Origin: Asterionella formosa
Taxonomy: Eukaryota
DNA: 42,053 nucleotides
Reading direction: 5' to 3'
Assembly: GCA_002256025.1 (NCBI GenBank)
Contig: NKIB01014611.1
Span: 1-42,053, forward strand
This document shows positions 23,386 through 35,605 of the stretch, piece by piece. Numbering within the stretch: position 1 is the stretch's first letter; each line of letters opens with the position of its first letter. The notes beneath the pieces are model-generated. The model ran no database searches. It worked only from the letters and a program-made list of their open reading frames with translations, and was not told the origin of the DNA. Both the position numbers and the translations under genes were made by a program.

Positions 23386-24846
23386 AGCTGGCTTCACTCT
23401 GCGTCGCCTCGTCTTGGAAAGACCAGTGACGGATTCCTTCTCCCGTGTTTTATCTTGCGGAGTGCCGGCCGCTTTTTCCCTGCCTATATCAACGTAAGTG
23501 ATTCTGTAATGTCGACGACTCTTTCTCTCTGTAACGGTTCTTGTGCTGCGTTGAGGTGCTAGATCTGTCGGACCTATCACATTAACATACAAGCAAAACG
23601 AGCCCAGGTTAGAAGCTGTGAGGAAACCACGATCAAAGGAGAGTTCAAAGCATACGCAGAAACGGCAAGCAAGGCGAACGCAGGAGTGGTGCTAAAAGCG
23701 CTGGATCAAAACTTGGTGAATGTATATACCGGTATGCATCATGAATACAAAGTCTCGTACATAGATACAGGTGTAATCCACTGCGATATATTGCAAGATT
23801 TCGGCACTCAACGTCTGCTAGCCGGCGTGCGTGCATGGCCAATCCAATAACATGTCAAGAAAACATTGCCCATGATGAGCGCCGTGATAGCGATCAAGAC
23901 AAATGCGTTGTACATGGCTTCTGCTCTTCGCACAAACTCATCTAAAGATTTGAAATCATATCCCCGTTCAAGAAGATTAATATACTTTGATGCTGATTCT
24001 CCCTTTCCTTCCCTTCAAAACCCCATTGACCAAGCAAATCGTTCACAACAATCTTCCAATAATGCGACCTTTGCTTACCTGACATGATATGAACGTTTAT
24101 GAATCGAATGCACTGCTACTGAGTGGCTCGATTCAATATACCTTCCTTGCTGAAACTCTTTATTAAACGTCGTCGATCACAATAAGAGACTTTCTTTGGA
24201 GGCAAATCATTATTCGTTCTCAATTACTTCTAGCACCACATCAGTACCGGCATGTATGTTCGGCAGTCGAATTGCTGCGTGCACGCTGACAATGAAGGAA
24301 TTAGCACACATTTATATGAAGGGGGCGGAGTATCCAGGGGAGTTGAATATCGAAGTTTCTTGCCAACGCCTCGTTTGAATGTATTCGTGACCTTATATGT
24401 ATATATATTTCAATTTTTGTATCCAACATTCCAATTTTTCATGTGTTTGAGCATTGCGTTGTCCTTTAATCATGACTTGAATTCGGCGATGTAAAATCTT
24501 CAGATATCGATATCAATCATATATTCGATTGGACTGTATGACCCGGGACCTGTCCGGCGTAGAGACTAAAAAGTCCACAACCTGTACGGTAAATTCCATG
24601 TTTGTACCGGTATGACATTACTCAAATTCAAAACCATATCTTCATTGATGGGGGGTCACAGCAGTTTTTCGGTTGAGCTATGGACAGTAATGCGTATAGC
24701 CAACGTTCTGGTTGTATGGTGAGAGTACAAGGTACCTGGTACCAGTATGTAAAATGATTTTACCGTATGTCAGACACTACCGGTATATCACTATCTTAAC
24801 TGTTACAACCCTCAACGGTCAACAACGGTCCACAGTCCAGTATCTG

Positions 24847-27386
24847 GAGAAGTATCTAACTGTAGCTAGTAGCTAGTATTTGTTGAACAACGGTACCAGG
24901 TACCCTGGTACCAGTATATGCGCTTTTCAGTTAATCCTTGTGTACAACTCGTTCTCCTACATAGGTTGACACTAAAGTAGTATTCAATAGAGGTGTTGGT
25001 CGAGATCTCTCCTGATAGAGTTCTGATATGATCTATGTAACCCTAACCCTATAGGGTACATGCAGTTGAGCGGAATTGCTCACTCTCCCACACTAAAGTG
25101 GATTCTTGACTGTAATTATCCTGTAAATAACAAATGTTATCCAGGTGATGACTGACATGAGACACATTCAATGTTTTGTCATACAGGACAATAAAACCAA
25201 TCAAACAACGGAATAGTGGGCAAGTTCAGAGTGACACTAACAGCAGGGAAAGAGATGCGACATTAGGCACTGCCTGACACAAGATTCAGAACAGAGGAAG
25301 AAAAGGCCAAGGCAGGAACAATATAAATTGAGACAAGTGGAGAGAGAAACATGGGGTAGCCGTAGAATCATAGATATCATTGCTAACATTTGATAATTAT
25401 ATTACGATCCATTTCAAGCTATTTTGAACAATGCTTGTGATTAGAATTATGATCATGTTTAAGATAGATATACGATGAAACAATTCACATGATAGCATAG
25501 ACTTGCGCTAATACGTTGTAGTAACAGTTTATATTTGGCGATCACGAGAAGTGAAAATAAAATGAGAAGTTTTATGATATTGATAAGAAATGTTGTTGAT
25601 CAGTTGATATACATAGTATGATGATAATGTTCTTATTATCATCATGCTTCAAGCTCGGTAAAATATTAATAAATCATCATAGTTATAGGATACATTGATC
25701 ATAGTTTTGATCCAAAAACTATCATATATGTGAAAATCCTGTGCCACTAAGCGTACGATACCCTTGATCCTATATGCATGCATGATAATTTTTTTGCAGA
25801 CGACACGACAGGGGAGCGTAAAATTTTTTGATCCTTCCTCCTATCCTGTAGCTGAAGAGCATTATCCCTTGTGAAATCCCCTGTTGTTCCACCTGTTTTT
25901 GTGACCCTTTTGGGTGTTGTTTTGGGGAAGCCAGAGATCTAGGCACAGATGCCACTAGCTGACCAACAGGAGTGTTCGTGACCACTAAAAGTTCCTGGGC
26001 AGATTCATAAAATTCAGCAGGTATGGCCCTTGGCACAGTAACCTAACCAGGCATTGTCATAGGGTTAACCCATGCATTTGTAGAAAACATGAACAGGGTT
26101 AGCTTTGTCAGTATGATAATTCATCCTACATTGAATTTCCACGCAAGAGAAACAGGAAGTGGGTTAGCAGTGTAAGTAGTGTTAGTAATATGATAACTTG
26201 AGGGGACTTATGTTTAACCGTTGTTTCACAATTCCATGCGTGGACTGCTGCAAAATTGGCGCTTGACATGGCTGCTTGTTTTCTTGATGTGTCACATGAC
26301 TGCCTTTGGCGATGCGAAGACGATCTTTTGTTAAAAATTGACTCAAGTCACTCTTGGTTTCTTGCTGTATCCACGATTGTCTTCAGCTATATGAAGACAC
26401 TCTTTTGTTAAAATTTGAGACCAGTCGTGCTTGGTTTTCTTGATACATTTCAAGATTGCCTTCAGCTGCATGAAGATTTCAAGTTAGTATGGTAAAGAAT
26501 CCGTGCTTGAGCTAATCTTTGAATGATTATGATTGACTAAACGAGTGAATGGATTGGTAAGTATTTGTTATTGTATGATTCAATTCAATCACTTGCAGCC
26601 ATGCATCGTGTGCATTGGGCACAGGAACTGACAATGACAATGACGCTCCATTATTTCTTGGACAAGGTCGCTTGATCGTCTGGATGAGGCAATGTGAGTT
26701 TGAAAAATTATTTTTTTTGAGATGGTTTCCGAAGTCCATAACCAAAATGTTACAAATTTTTGACAAATACTATCAGAGCGTCCACTGACACTGACTCTCC
26801 AAGCTTTCATAAGATCAAGTAAGATGGTGGTCCAATCACATCATCATGGCTTTTCGAAGCAAAATGTCATTTGTAGGACTGATCATAGCTATGGGTGTAC
26901 TTCAACGCTCATAAAGTCAGACAAGGCGATATCTGTGAGGCATCTTTGTATTAAGCGAAGTTATCTGCTGGAATGAAGGTCCATGTGTTAGCCATAACGC
27001 AGGATTTTATGAAAGCAATCAACAAAGCTTCCACCGAGCATCCCTGGATCAAATCTTGGTCGAAAGACTCCAATTGAGCTGTTCGGTACAAAAGAAAGGT
27101 GTGAGCCTTGATGTTAAGTCTGTTGTAATCCTTGATCAATGGGACCGTTGGAACTTGAGAGTGCATCAATATTGTTAATTCTAATTTGACTCTTTTTGAA
27201 TTCAAGCAAAGTGAAGTATACAACTACTAGAAGTAGTAGTATTTGTTGATTATATGAGCTTATTAGTTAATCCTTGTGTACAACTCCTTCTCCTATGTTG
27301 ACACTAAATTATTCAATAGCTGTTAGTCGAGTTCTCTCCTGATAGATTTCTGATCGGGGTATGTGTAGTTGAGCGAGATCGCTCAC
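24847..27386 (-). mobile_element. Degenerate ~2.5-kb element bounded by direct repeats (24847-25083 and 27211-27386); probable non-autonomous or deleted LTR element
   Basis: Both repeats share TAGTATTTGTTGA, AGTTAATCCTTGTGTACAACTC, GTTGACACTAAA, TCTCTCCTGATAGA and AGTTGAGCG..GCTCAC. On the minus strand a purine-rich AGTGTGGGAGAG precedes TG at 25082. No intact ORF; no target-site duplication seen. Confidence 0.65.
26275..26480. repeat. ~78-bp tandem repeat, about 2.7 copies
   Basis: Recurring CTTG(G)TTTTCTTG...GA(C/T)TG(C/T)CTT...GAAGA...TCTTTTGTTAAAA. Confidence 0.75.
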
Positions 27387-27659
27387 CTGGTACCAGGGTA
27401 CCAGTACCAGTACTATGCAGTATGTCGACTTCTTCTTCTAACTAGGTAATAGAGCAGTAAAATGATATGAATAGGTAAGAATTCCCGTTAATGCGAGCAT
27501 CGCATGGAGTTAACAGCACACTGACTTATTTGAGCACCGCCATCATTATACAAATTATGGATGACGCGAGCAAGTTTGATCATCCTTCAACAACCTTGAT
27601 TCATGAAACACAGTGGTATCATGTTCTCAAAGTATTCAGATGTGGATACCAGTACTCTA

Positions 27660-28155
27660 GTACTCCCCCTGTTCCAGCATAGTTGCAACACGCTCAGCGA
27701 CCAACCCGGCTCGATCCACATCATTCAAAAACGCTCTCTGTTGAAGCAAAATGCATTTTCTACATGAGTTGATGCAGGCTACAGGTATGTCGGTTAGATC
27801 TGTGTACGTAGCTGAGTATAATGCAAAATAGCAATACATGTGCATCGTTTAGGGCTATTGATTTTTGTTGGCCAGTGTACTGACATGTATGCATGCGTGT
27901 AATATCAGCTATTACTACCAAAGAGATAAAAAAAAACTAAACTAATGAGGGATGCATTTTCGGACAAAATAATCGTTCTACAGACGTCGAATGCATAATT
28001 TAGCTCAAGTTTTGTGCATGCCCAGATTTATGACAAGCCTGATGGTCTCATCAGCCTCCCGTTTGAGTTTATGAATCGAGCACCAATCAGCGATTTATTA
28101 TCGCTGTTCTGGAGATAATTCTTTTTTAATATGTCTATTGATTAACAAATGGTCG
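27660..28155 (-). repeat. Decayed dispersed repeat, copy 2 (inverted relative to 15565-16070)
   Basis: The reverse complement contains TTTGAATGATGTGGATCGAGCCGGGTT, also present at ~16000, with further collinear matches. Confidence 0.85.
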
Positions 28156-29099
28156 ACGAAAGGGGTGTCGAGCCCATATCCTCTGTATCTGCCGTTCATT
28201 TGGAGTTTCAGTTCCATGTGATTAAGTTATGCTGGAGAAAAGAATGGAAGTTTCTTTCAATGGTAGATTGCGACTGCAAAGTATAGACTCAGCTGGATGA
28301 CCAGTCATTTTGGCGATTTGTATTCTCGGGGCAGCATAGAAACACAATTTTTCATTAGCAGCCCCCAAGGGTGCATTCTTGAGGAAATGTTGCAATACAT
28401 GAAAGTCAATATTTGGTATGGTCAGGCAACAAGTAGCTGGTTGGATTTTGATGCATGGATCAAGCATTTCAATATACTCGTTTTGGTGAGAGGTCTCATG
28501 ATGCGCGCAGCTGAATTCATTGATGATTTTGTTCACCAGTAATTGTACTTGAGCAGTAATACTACTAGTAGTATGGTGCATAGTACTAGCATTTTGTGTA
28601 TTCTATGTAAAATACAAAAAGAATTAGTATTACTAAATTGTAATGTTTGAGGAAATGAGATCAATGATTTGTCAAGACTCATGTTATTGTTGCCCTCTGC
28701 ACTCAAGCTTCCAATGATCTCCTATGAATTCACCATTGTTGTTCTTACTAGAACTAGGTTTCTAAAAAGAATTAAAGCAACCAAGCCAGTCCTTTAAAGG
28801 GTCATTGAAACCAAAAACATGCATTTTGGACTTTGCATTTCTTCACTTGAGATTTTATAGTTATTAAGTTTTAATGACTATGTATTGTTGTTAAGGATTA
28901 TCGTCACCTAGTAGTTTTTAAGCGATGAAATGATGGAAAGCAAACAACGATAAGGGGACGAGATCTTTACAATTAAAGCAACAACGATGAGACAAATCTA
29001 TTTTGATGCAAATATTAATTATATTTATAATTGGAACAATATTTTGTTCTCCTACTAACCCTTACCCTAGACTCCTCCGCCATTTTAGCATCTGAAGTG

Positions 29100-29700
29100 A
29101 AATTCTAATCGTTGTCTGCAATTTCTAATCGTTGTCAGCAGATTTCTAGTCGTATGTAGTCACCAATTGGCTGGATCAGTACTCGTAAACAAAAGAGTCA
29201 TTTTGAAAATATCAATTAAATATTAATTGATATTTTTGAAATAGAGAATCAAACAAAATTTGGTTCGACCTACAGATTACCGTAGTGTAGAGTGTTGCAT
29301 ACTGTGAAAGTGTCAAATCTGTTCGTATCACCATTGTTCTGAGTTGCGCATCTATAAATTACATTAAAAAATGCGCCATCGGAGACTTCCCTTTTCGTTG
29401 TCAATAATAGTGTAATTAAAATAATTCTTTTTTGATTGTATTTTCTACGTTGTGCTTAACATATGTATCAAATAGCAAAGCGTCCTCCTCGTTCTCATTT
29501 TTCATGGAGATATACGTTAATTTTCGTCATGGTCAAGGCTGAGACGACATGATAAGGAATTCTCCAGCCGCTCATGACGACTACACTGTAGTGATTTATG
29601 TAGAGAGAAACAAATCGCAACATCGAGGCTAAAAAATTAATAATAATATAATAGCCGCGTCCACAAAGGGATACTTTGGGTACCACTTAAAAACTGTAAG
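29100..29700 (+). repeat. Dispersed repeat, copy 1 (direct copy at 41100-41710; partial at 30170-30330), with ~20-bp TTCTAGTC.TTGTCAGCA sub-repeats
   Basis: Shared GTCAGCAGATTTCTAGT, GAGTCATTTTGAAAAT, AAATAGAGAATCAAACAAAATTT, AAAGTGTCAAATCTGTTCGTA, AATGCGCCATC and CATGGAGATAT, all collinear. Confidence 0.9.
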
Positions 29701-31528
29701 TCATCGTTATTTTACTCCATCTTCCGACTAAAATATATTCAAGTAATATTGCAATCGAAACCTGATGCAAGTACGAAGTGTATGTTACACGATGCACTCT
29801 ATTCTACGAAGAAGTAATCAGATTCGATTCATTGTATAAAGCCATAAAGATCTTTTTTTTCAAAGTCATTAAGATTGTTGCATAGCGGTGGCTTACAGTG
29901 AATATTTTTCTAGTATCCATACATGATTATATGTTCACCCCAAACCGTGATTTTTTAAACTCCGTTTATTCTACAGAAATTCTTTTCGTATTACTTTACC
30001 TTTTTGCGCGATACAGTATGCTTTTTGCGCTTGCATCATCACCGAATTCTTCTGATGCATTGCATACTATGTTTATTGTATTGGCAAGGCTATTAGAGGG
30101 TGGTGGTTGTGTCTGTTAATGTAAATACCACTACTTCATAAGCATGACAAGTGTCATTCAGAAAATCTATTCGTATTTGCAAGTTCTAGTCTTAGTCAGC
30201 AAATTCTAGTTGTCATTGTCAGCAAGTTCTCAACATAGAAAGAGATTATTTTTATTGTATTCTGAAGCTAGAAGACGGTCGCTGAACCGGTTCATCAGTG
30301 AGCAAATCCAAGTCGTGTTCAGCCACTGATTCTGCAAATCGTCATCGGTCAATAAGAGTGACCGAATTTACTTCGACACAATTATCATCGCGTCTGATTC
30401 TCTTTCTCCAAATGTAGCTAGTAGGTAGCTAGCAGTGCTTCATGCTGCTCCATATGTACTTTGCTGGAATGACTAATACAAACCATAGAATAATAGAACA
30501 GCGAGCCAATAATAAATCAAAATAGCGTTAATCTTTGCTGTGGGAGGGATTTAGGGTGGTTGATTCATACTATAAATTGCGAAAGGCTTGCGATGTCTAG
30601 ACTGCTTCTTTGAATCGGCTTCAAAAGAATTGTGTGCTTCACCACCCCTCTATTCATTTACTGATGATAAACTGGCGTGGTTGTCCTCTTTCTCCCTTGC
30701 CTTAGCTGACGACTCTTCGTTGTTCGATTCAACTCTAAAGGTAGTAGATTTTAATATTCGCGTTGTCGCTTCTTAATCTATCAGCTTCGACCCCTTCGAT
30801 TCAAACGCATGAGATATACCGGTATTTGTATTACGGTGCTTGTGTGGCATGATGGCCCATCGCGTCCTTCCTTGTTTGTAATATAAAGTTTTCCTAAATT
30901 ACTTAAGGAACATTATTTCCATCGAAAACTGGCCTATCTCGTCCTGCAGGCATAGGACAATTCATTGGGAGTAGTGAGTCGGGGAGTGAGTCAAGACTGA
31001 AAAGGTGCGCATAAAACGTTCGTTACCAGGCCTTCATTGGTACTCCCTCTGTCCAATATTAAGTTGCATTGATTCGCCGGCACCACAAGTTTCTTTAATG
31101 TTCGCATATGAAGGATTACGTAGCAAATATACCATCTGTCTACAAGCGGATCGGCGTTCTCGAAAAAACCTTTTTTATGAGTTACATAGACGTGAACATA
31201 CGCTCTGTTTTTGTAATTAAATTATTGAAATCTGAATAAATTAATCCAAACCAGTTTAAATGAGTATATTAAATTCCGTATATGTACATATCGCCAAATG
31301 CTGTTTTACATTGGCTGGCCACTCAAATATTTGCGGGAAACCAAATACAACAAGCCACTATCATAATTATAACATGAATAGAATAATTGTCGTTCGGTAT
31401 ACTTTCTACGGTTGTTGCACCTACATGGACCATACTGCCGGATATTTAACCGTTACAATCCTCAAAACGAGCATACCGTCGTTTCTTCCTTCCCATCATC
31501 GCCACTTTTGGGGTTGTGAATTCCATAA

Positions 31529-31852
31529 NNNNNNNNNNNNNNNNNNNNNNNNNNNNNNNNNNNNNNNNNNNNNNNNNNNNNNNNNNNNNNNNNNNNNNNN
31601 NNNNNNNNNNNNNNNNNNNNNNNNNNNNNNNNNNNNNNNNNNNNNNNNNNNNNNNNNNNNNNNNNNNNNNNNNNNNNNNNNNNNNNNNNNNNNNNNNNNN
31701 NNNNNNNNNNNNNNNNNNNNNNNNNNNNNNNNNNNNNNNNNNNNNNNNNNNNNNNNNNNNNNNNNNNNNNNNNNNNNNNNNNNNNNNNNNNNNNNNNNNN
31801 NNNNNNNNNNNNNNNNNNNNNNNNNNNNNNNNNNNNNNNNNNNNNNNNNNNN
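31529..31852. other. Assembly gap
   Basis: Run of N. Confidence 0.99.
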
Positions 31853-32936
31853 TTGTGGATCCATAGCTTAGAGCTAGTCGCACAATAGGGCAATTGAGCT
31901 GGAGAAGAAGCCATAAACTACAAAATCATCAGCTAGCAACAAAAATTGATTTTTAAATCATAATTTATCTTTTTAAGAAAGACATATCATCATTGTCTTG
32001 ATGTTATTAACTGTTACTACCAGTACCAGCTGTAAACATTTTCCAGGAACATACACAGCAGATACATTCTATATCATATTGATATACATACATCGGTATA
32101 TATATCCCAACTATGTATGCATAGTGATTGCATATGTGGAGTCATTGGCTGGCTGTGAAGGTGCTGGTAAGCATTTTCTATCAGTGCCTCTGATTTCAAC
32201 AGAATCTTGCTCTCCAGTATCCCCCCAATCTTATTTCGATCAATAGGGTTTTTTGGATTGTTGGGGCTTCTGGATTGGGGCTTTTGGATTGCGGGTAGTC
32301 CCAGGTAGTTCGAATATTGGCCCATCCATGTTACTTTAGTAGCTTTTATAGTTATTCATCCAATACAACCACCATCGATGAAGGTGATTTGCACTGCATC
32401 ATTGCCTTATCCGTCATCTGCAAGGGGTGTCCAAATACCACAACATGCCAACTAAATGAATTATTAATAAGCTTACTATAGGAAAAGGTGGACAACAGGA
32501 AATCTTCACTACTGCACGCTTGCTTGCTTACCCGATATACCTGAGGGAAAATGATATATTTGCACTCCATGTCAAAAGAAACTACCATTCATTCGAAGGA
32601 AATGGGTTGAACAAGTCAAAAAGGAATAATTTTCATTTTTCCTGTTATTCCGCAATTTTTGTTCATCTTTGACCCTAATTTGAAATGAATTGTTGAGAAA
32701 CATGTAGTAAGAATCAGCAGCGCAAATCCATGGTGAGTTGGTGCCTTCAAGGCACTCCCCGGCCGTCATTCGATGGATGACCTGATCTACCGGTACTCGT
32801 ACGTAGTAAGTACAGGTTTTCTACTATCGGTAGATCTGGCGCTATTTTGCTTGCAGTTATCGGCATTGCGATCGTTCTCTTGGTGGCCCCTGAGTTGATT
32901 GACGAACCTGAATCTACAATACCTACTATTTCAACG

Positions 32937-35372
32937 ATGCAAGAAGGTGCCTGGGATGTTGCCTCGTCGGAGGAGATGATGGGAGTTCGTCTCTCCTTCC
33001 ATTGCTGGCCTTCGTCTCGACTAGAAGCTACACGATCAGTAGCTCCATTTGGAGCTCTCTACACACCTCTGAAGAAGTTGAATCCAGCTTGTTGCCCACC
33101 TACTGCATTGCCATATGATCCAGTTCGCTGTGCCACTGCGACTTGCAAGGCTGTCCTCAATCCTTACTGCCAGGTCGACTTTCGTTCGAAGCTTTGGGTC
33201 TGTCCGTTTTGTCTTACCAGGAACCACTTCCCTGCGCATTACGCAGACGCCATAAGCGAGACCAATCTTCCCGCTGAACTTATTCCTCAATATGTCACTT
33301 GCGAGTATGAGCTTCCCAGTGTACCCGACATGGGATCTCCTGCTTTCCTTTTCGTGGTGGACACTTGTGTTCATCCAGAGGAGTTGGCGGAACTCGCCGA
33401 TTCGCTTCAGCAAGCACTTTCACTTTTGCCAGAGCAAGCGTTGGTTGGCTTGATTACCTATGGGACAAATGTTCAGGTTCACGAGTTAGGCTTTGAGTCT
33501 TGCTCCAAAGCTTATGTTCTGCGTGGAAACCGAGAGTACTCTCCTGGTCGCGTTGGCGAACTCTTGGGCTGCACTCCCCGAGCCCCTGATCCTGGACAGC
33601 AGCAGCCAGGCCATCCTCCACAGCCCCCAATGGGACCGGGACAGGAAGTCTTGCAACGATTCTTGCTGCCAGTGTCAGAGTGCTCCTTTGTACTCGAACA
33701 AATTCTCGAGGACTTGCGCAAGGATCCTTGGCCTGTTCCCCACGACAAGCGTGTCGCTCGTGCCACTGGATGCGCTCTCTCTGTGGCAACTTCACTGTTG
33801 CACTTGGCCATTCCTCGTCGTGGCGCTCGTATAATGTTGTTTACAGGAGGTCCCTGTACATCTGGACCTGGAAACGTTGTGTCCCGCTTGAAGGAAGAAG
33901 ACATGCGTTCCCACGCAGACCTTGCGAAGAAGTCGGAACCCCTTTTTAAGCCTGCATGCGAGTTTTATGCCAACCTGGCTCACCCGACCACGAACGCCCA
34001 AGCCGCCAGCACTAAAAACAAAAATACTCATCCGAATCAGGGCAGCTGTTATCACGTTGTTGACGTCTTTGCTTGTTCCCTAGATCAAGTTGGATTATTG
34101 GAAATGAAGGTTTTGGTCGAAGCGACTGGTGGTTTAGTGGTGTTGGGGGACTCCTTCGGGCAATCTGTGTTCAAAGAATCTCTTCGTCGAGTATTCAACC
34201 GATACCCTGAAGATGATCAACAGGACGCTGGTAAGATGGCCATGGCTTTCGGCGCTAAATTGGAGGTGTTGACCAGTCGCGAGTTCAAGGTTTCTGGTGC
34301 TATCGGGCCTGTTACTAGTTTGGGAAAGCATGGACCGAGTGTTTCTGATTTGGAAGTTGGTAAGGGTGGAACAAACGCTTGGAGTCTAGGAGGTATAGAT
34401 CCACAAACGACCGTTGCCATCTACTTTGATATTACCAACCCAGGAAATACGCCCATGCCCGAAGGAAAACGTCGTTACATTCAGTTTTTGACTCAGTATC
34501 AGCACTCAAACGGACGAACTCGTCTTCGTTCCACGACCATATGTGGTGCTTGGTATAATCCTCCCGCAGGAGCTCAAGGCGACGCTGTCGCTCAGCATGA
34601 AAGTATGGCTGAAAGTCCCGTAAAGATGAGCTTCGATCAAGAAGCTGCAGCTGTTTTGACTGCAAGGATGGCCGTTTACCAGACCGAAACAGATGAAGTT
34701 GCAGATGTGCTACGTTGGGTGGATCGCACGTTGATTCGTGTATGCGCCAAATTTGCAGAGTACACCCCTGAAGATCCGTCTACTTTCCGCCTTTCTCCAG
34801 AGTTTGGCCTCTACCCACAGTTTATGTTTTATCTCCGTCGTTCACAGTTCTTGCAGCGTTTTAACTCGAGTCCTGACGAAGCGGCTTACTACCGTTATAC
34901 TCTGACTCGAGAAAACACAACTAACTCGCTGGTTATGATTCAACCAACACTCCTGTCGTATTCATTCAATGGTCCGCCTCAAGCAGCCCTTTTGGATGCT
35001 GAGAGCGTGCGTCCCGACACGATCCTTTTACTTGACACTTTCTTTCAAGTTGTTGTTTTCCACGGCGAGACTGTGGCGGCATGGAGAGAACAACGGTATC
35101 ATGAGCAAGAGGAACATGCTTCCTTTCGAGCGTTACTGGAAGCTCCTCAGTCTGACGCTCAGTTGATTATGGACGCTCGTTTTCCTGTGCCCCGTTACAT
35201 TGTCTGCGATCAACACAAGAGTGAAGCTCGTTTCTTAATGGCGAAACTGAATCCAAGTGTCACACATAACTCCAACTTGGATTCAGGTGGAGGAGGAGCT
35301 CAAGTCAACACAGACGATGTTTCTCTTCGCGTATTTATGGAACATTTAATGAAGCTTGCTGTACAAACCTAA
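32937..35372 (+). CDS. SEC23: COPII coat protein Sec23, 811 aa, intronless
   Basis: [15 protein letters not shown], zinc finger C...[80 protein letters not shown]. First in-frame ATG at 32937. Confidence 0.98.
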   Translation: MQEGAWDVASSEEMMGVRLSFHCWPSSRLEATRSVAPFGALYTPLKKLNPACCPPTALPYDPVRCATATCKAVLNPYCQVDFRSKLWVCPFCLTRNHFPAHYADAISETNLPAELIPQYVTCEYELPSVPDMGSPAFLFVVDTCVHPEELAELADSLQQALSLLPEQALVGLITYGTNVQVHELGFESCSKAYVLRGNREYSPGRVGELLGCTPRAPDPGQQQPGHPPQPPMGPGQEVLQRFLLPVSECSFVLEQILEDLRKDPWPVPHDKRVARATGCALSVATSLLHLAIPRRGARIMLFTGGPCTSGPGNVVSRLKEEDMRSHADLAKKSEPLFKPACEFYANLAHPTTNAQAASTKNKNTHPNQGSCYHVVDVFACSLDQVGLLEMKVLVEATGGLVVLGDSFGQSVFKESLRRVFNRYPEDDQQDAGKMAMAFGAKLEVLTSREFKVSGAIGPVTSLGKHGPSVSDLEVGKGGTNAWSLGGIDPQTTVAIYFDITNPGNTPMPEGKRRYIQFLTQYQHSNGRTRLRSTTICGAWYNPPAGAQGDAVAQHESMAESPVKMSFDQEAAAVLTARMAVYQTETDEVADVLRWVDRTLIRVCAKFAEYTPEDPSTFRLSPEFGLYPQFMFYLRRSQFLQRFNSSPDEAAYYRYTLTRENTTNSLVMIQPTLLSYSFNGPPQAALLDAESVRPDTILLLDTFFQVVVFHGETVAAWREQRYHEQEEHASFRALLEAPQSDAQLIMDARFPVPRYIVCDQHKSEARFLMAKLNPSVTHNSNLDSGGGGAQVNTDDVSLRVFMEHLMKLAVQT

Positions 35373-35605
35373 CTTGAAGGCATAATGTCACTTCTCTCGT
35401 CAACTTTTTCTTTCGAAGGAAGGAGTTATTCTCCGCCTTTTTAATTTTCACTATGTCTACGGCTCAAATAAGAAATAAAAGTATTCTCTAGCATAGTGTT
35501 TTGTTCTTCACGATGATGATATTCTACTGTTGAGGTACAATGACTTGGAATGAACTTCCAGCACGCTGAAATATAGGGGCAAGAAAGGGATGGATGACAG
35601 ATGTG

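Noticed and set aside
31260..31914. ORFs spanning 31.5-31.9 kb
   Set aside because: Open only because of the N gap.
32847..32936. Signal-peptide-like extension on Sec23
   Set aside because: It begins at TTG; Sec23 is cytosolic and conservation starts after the ATG at 32937.
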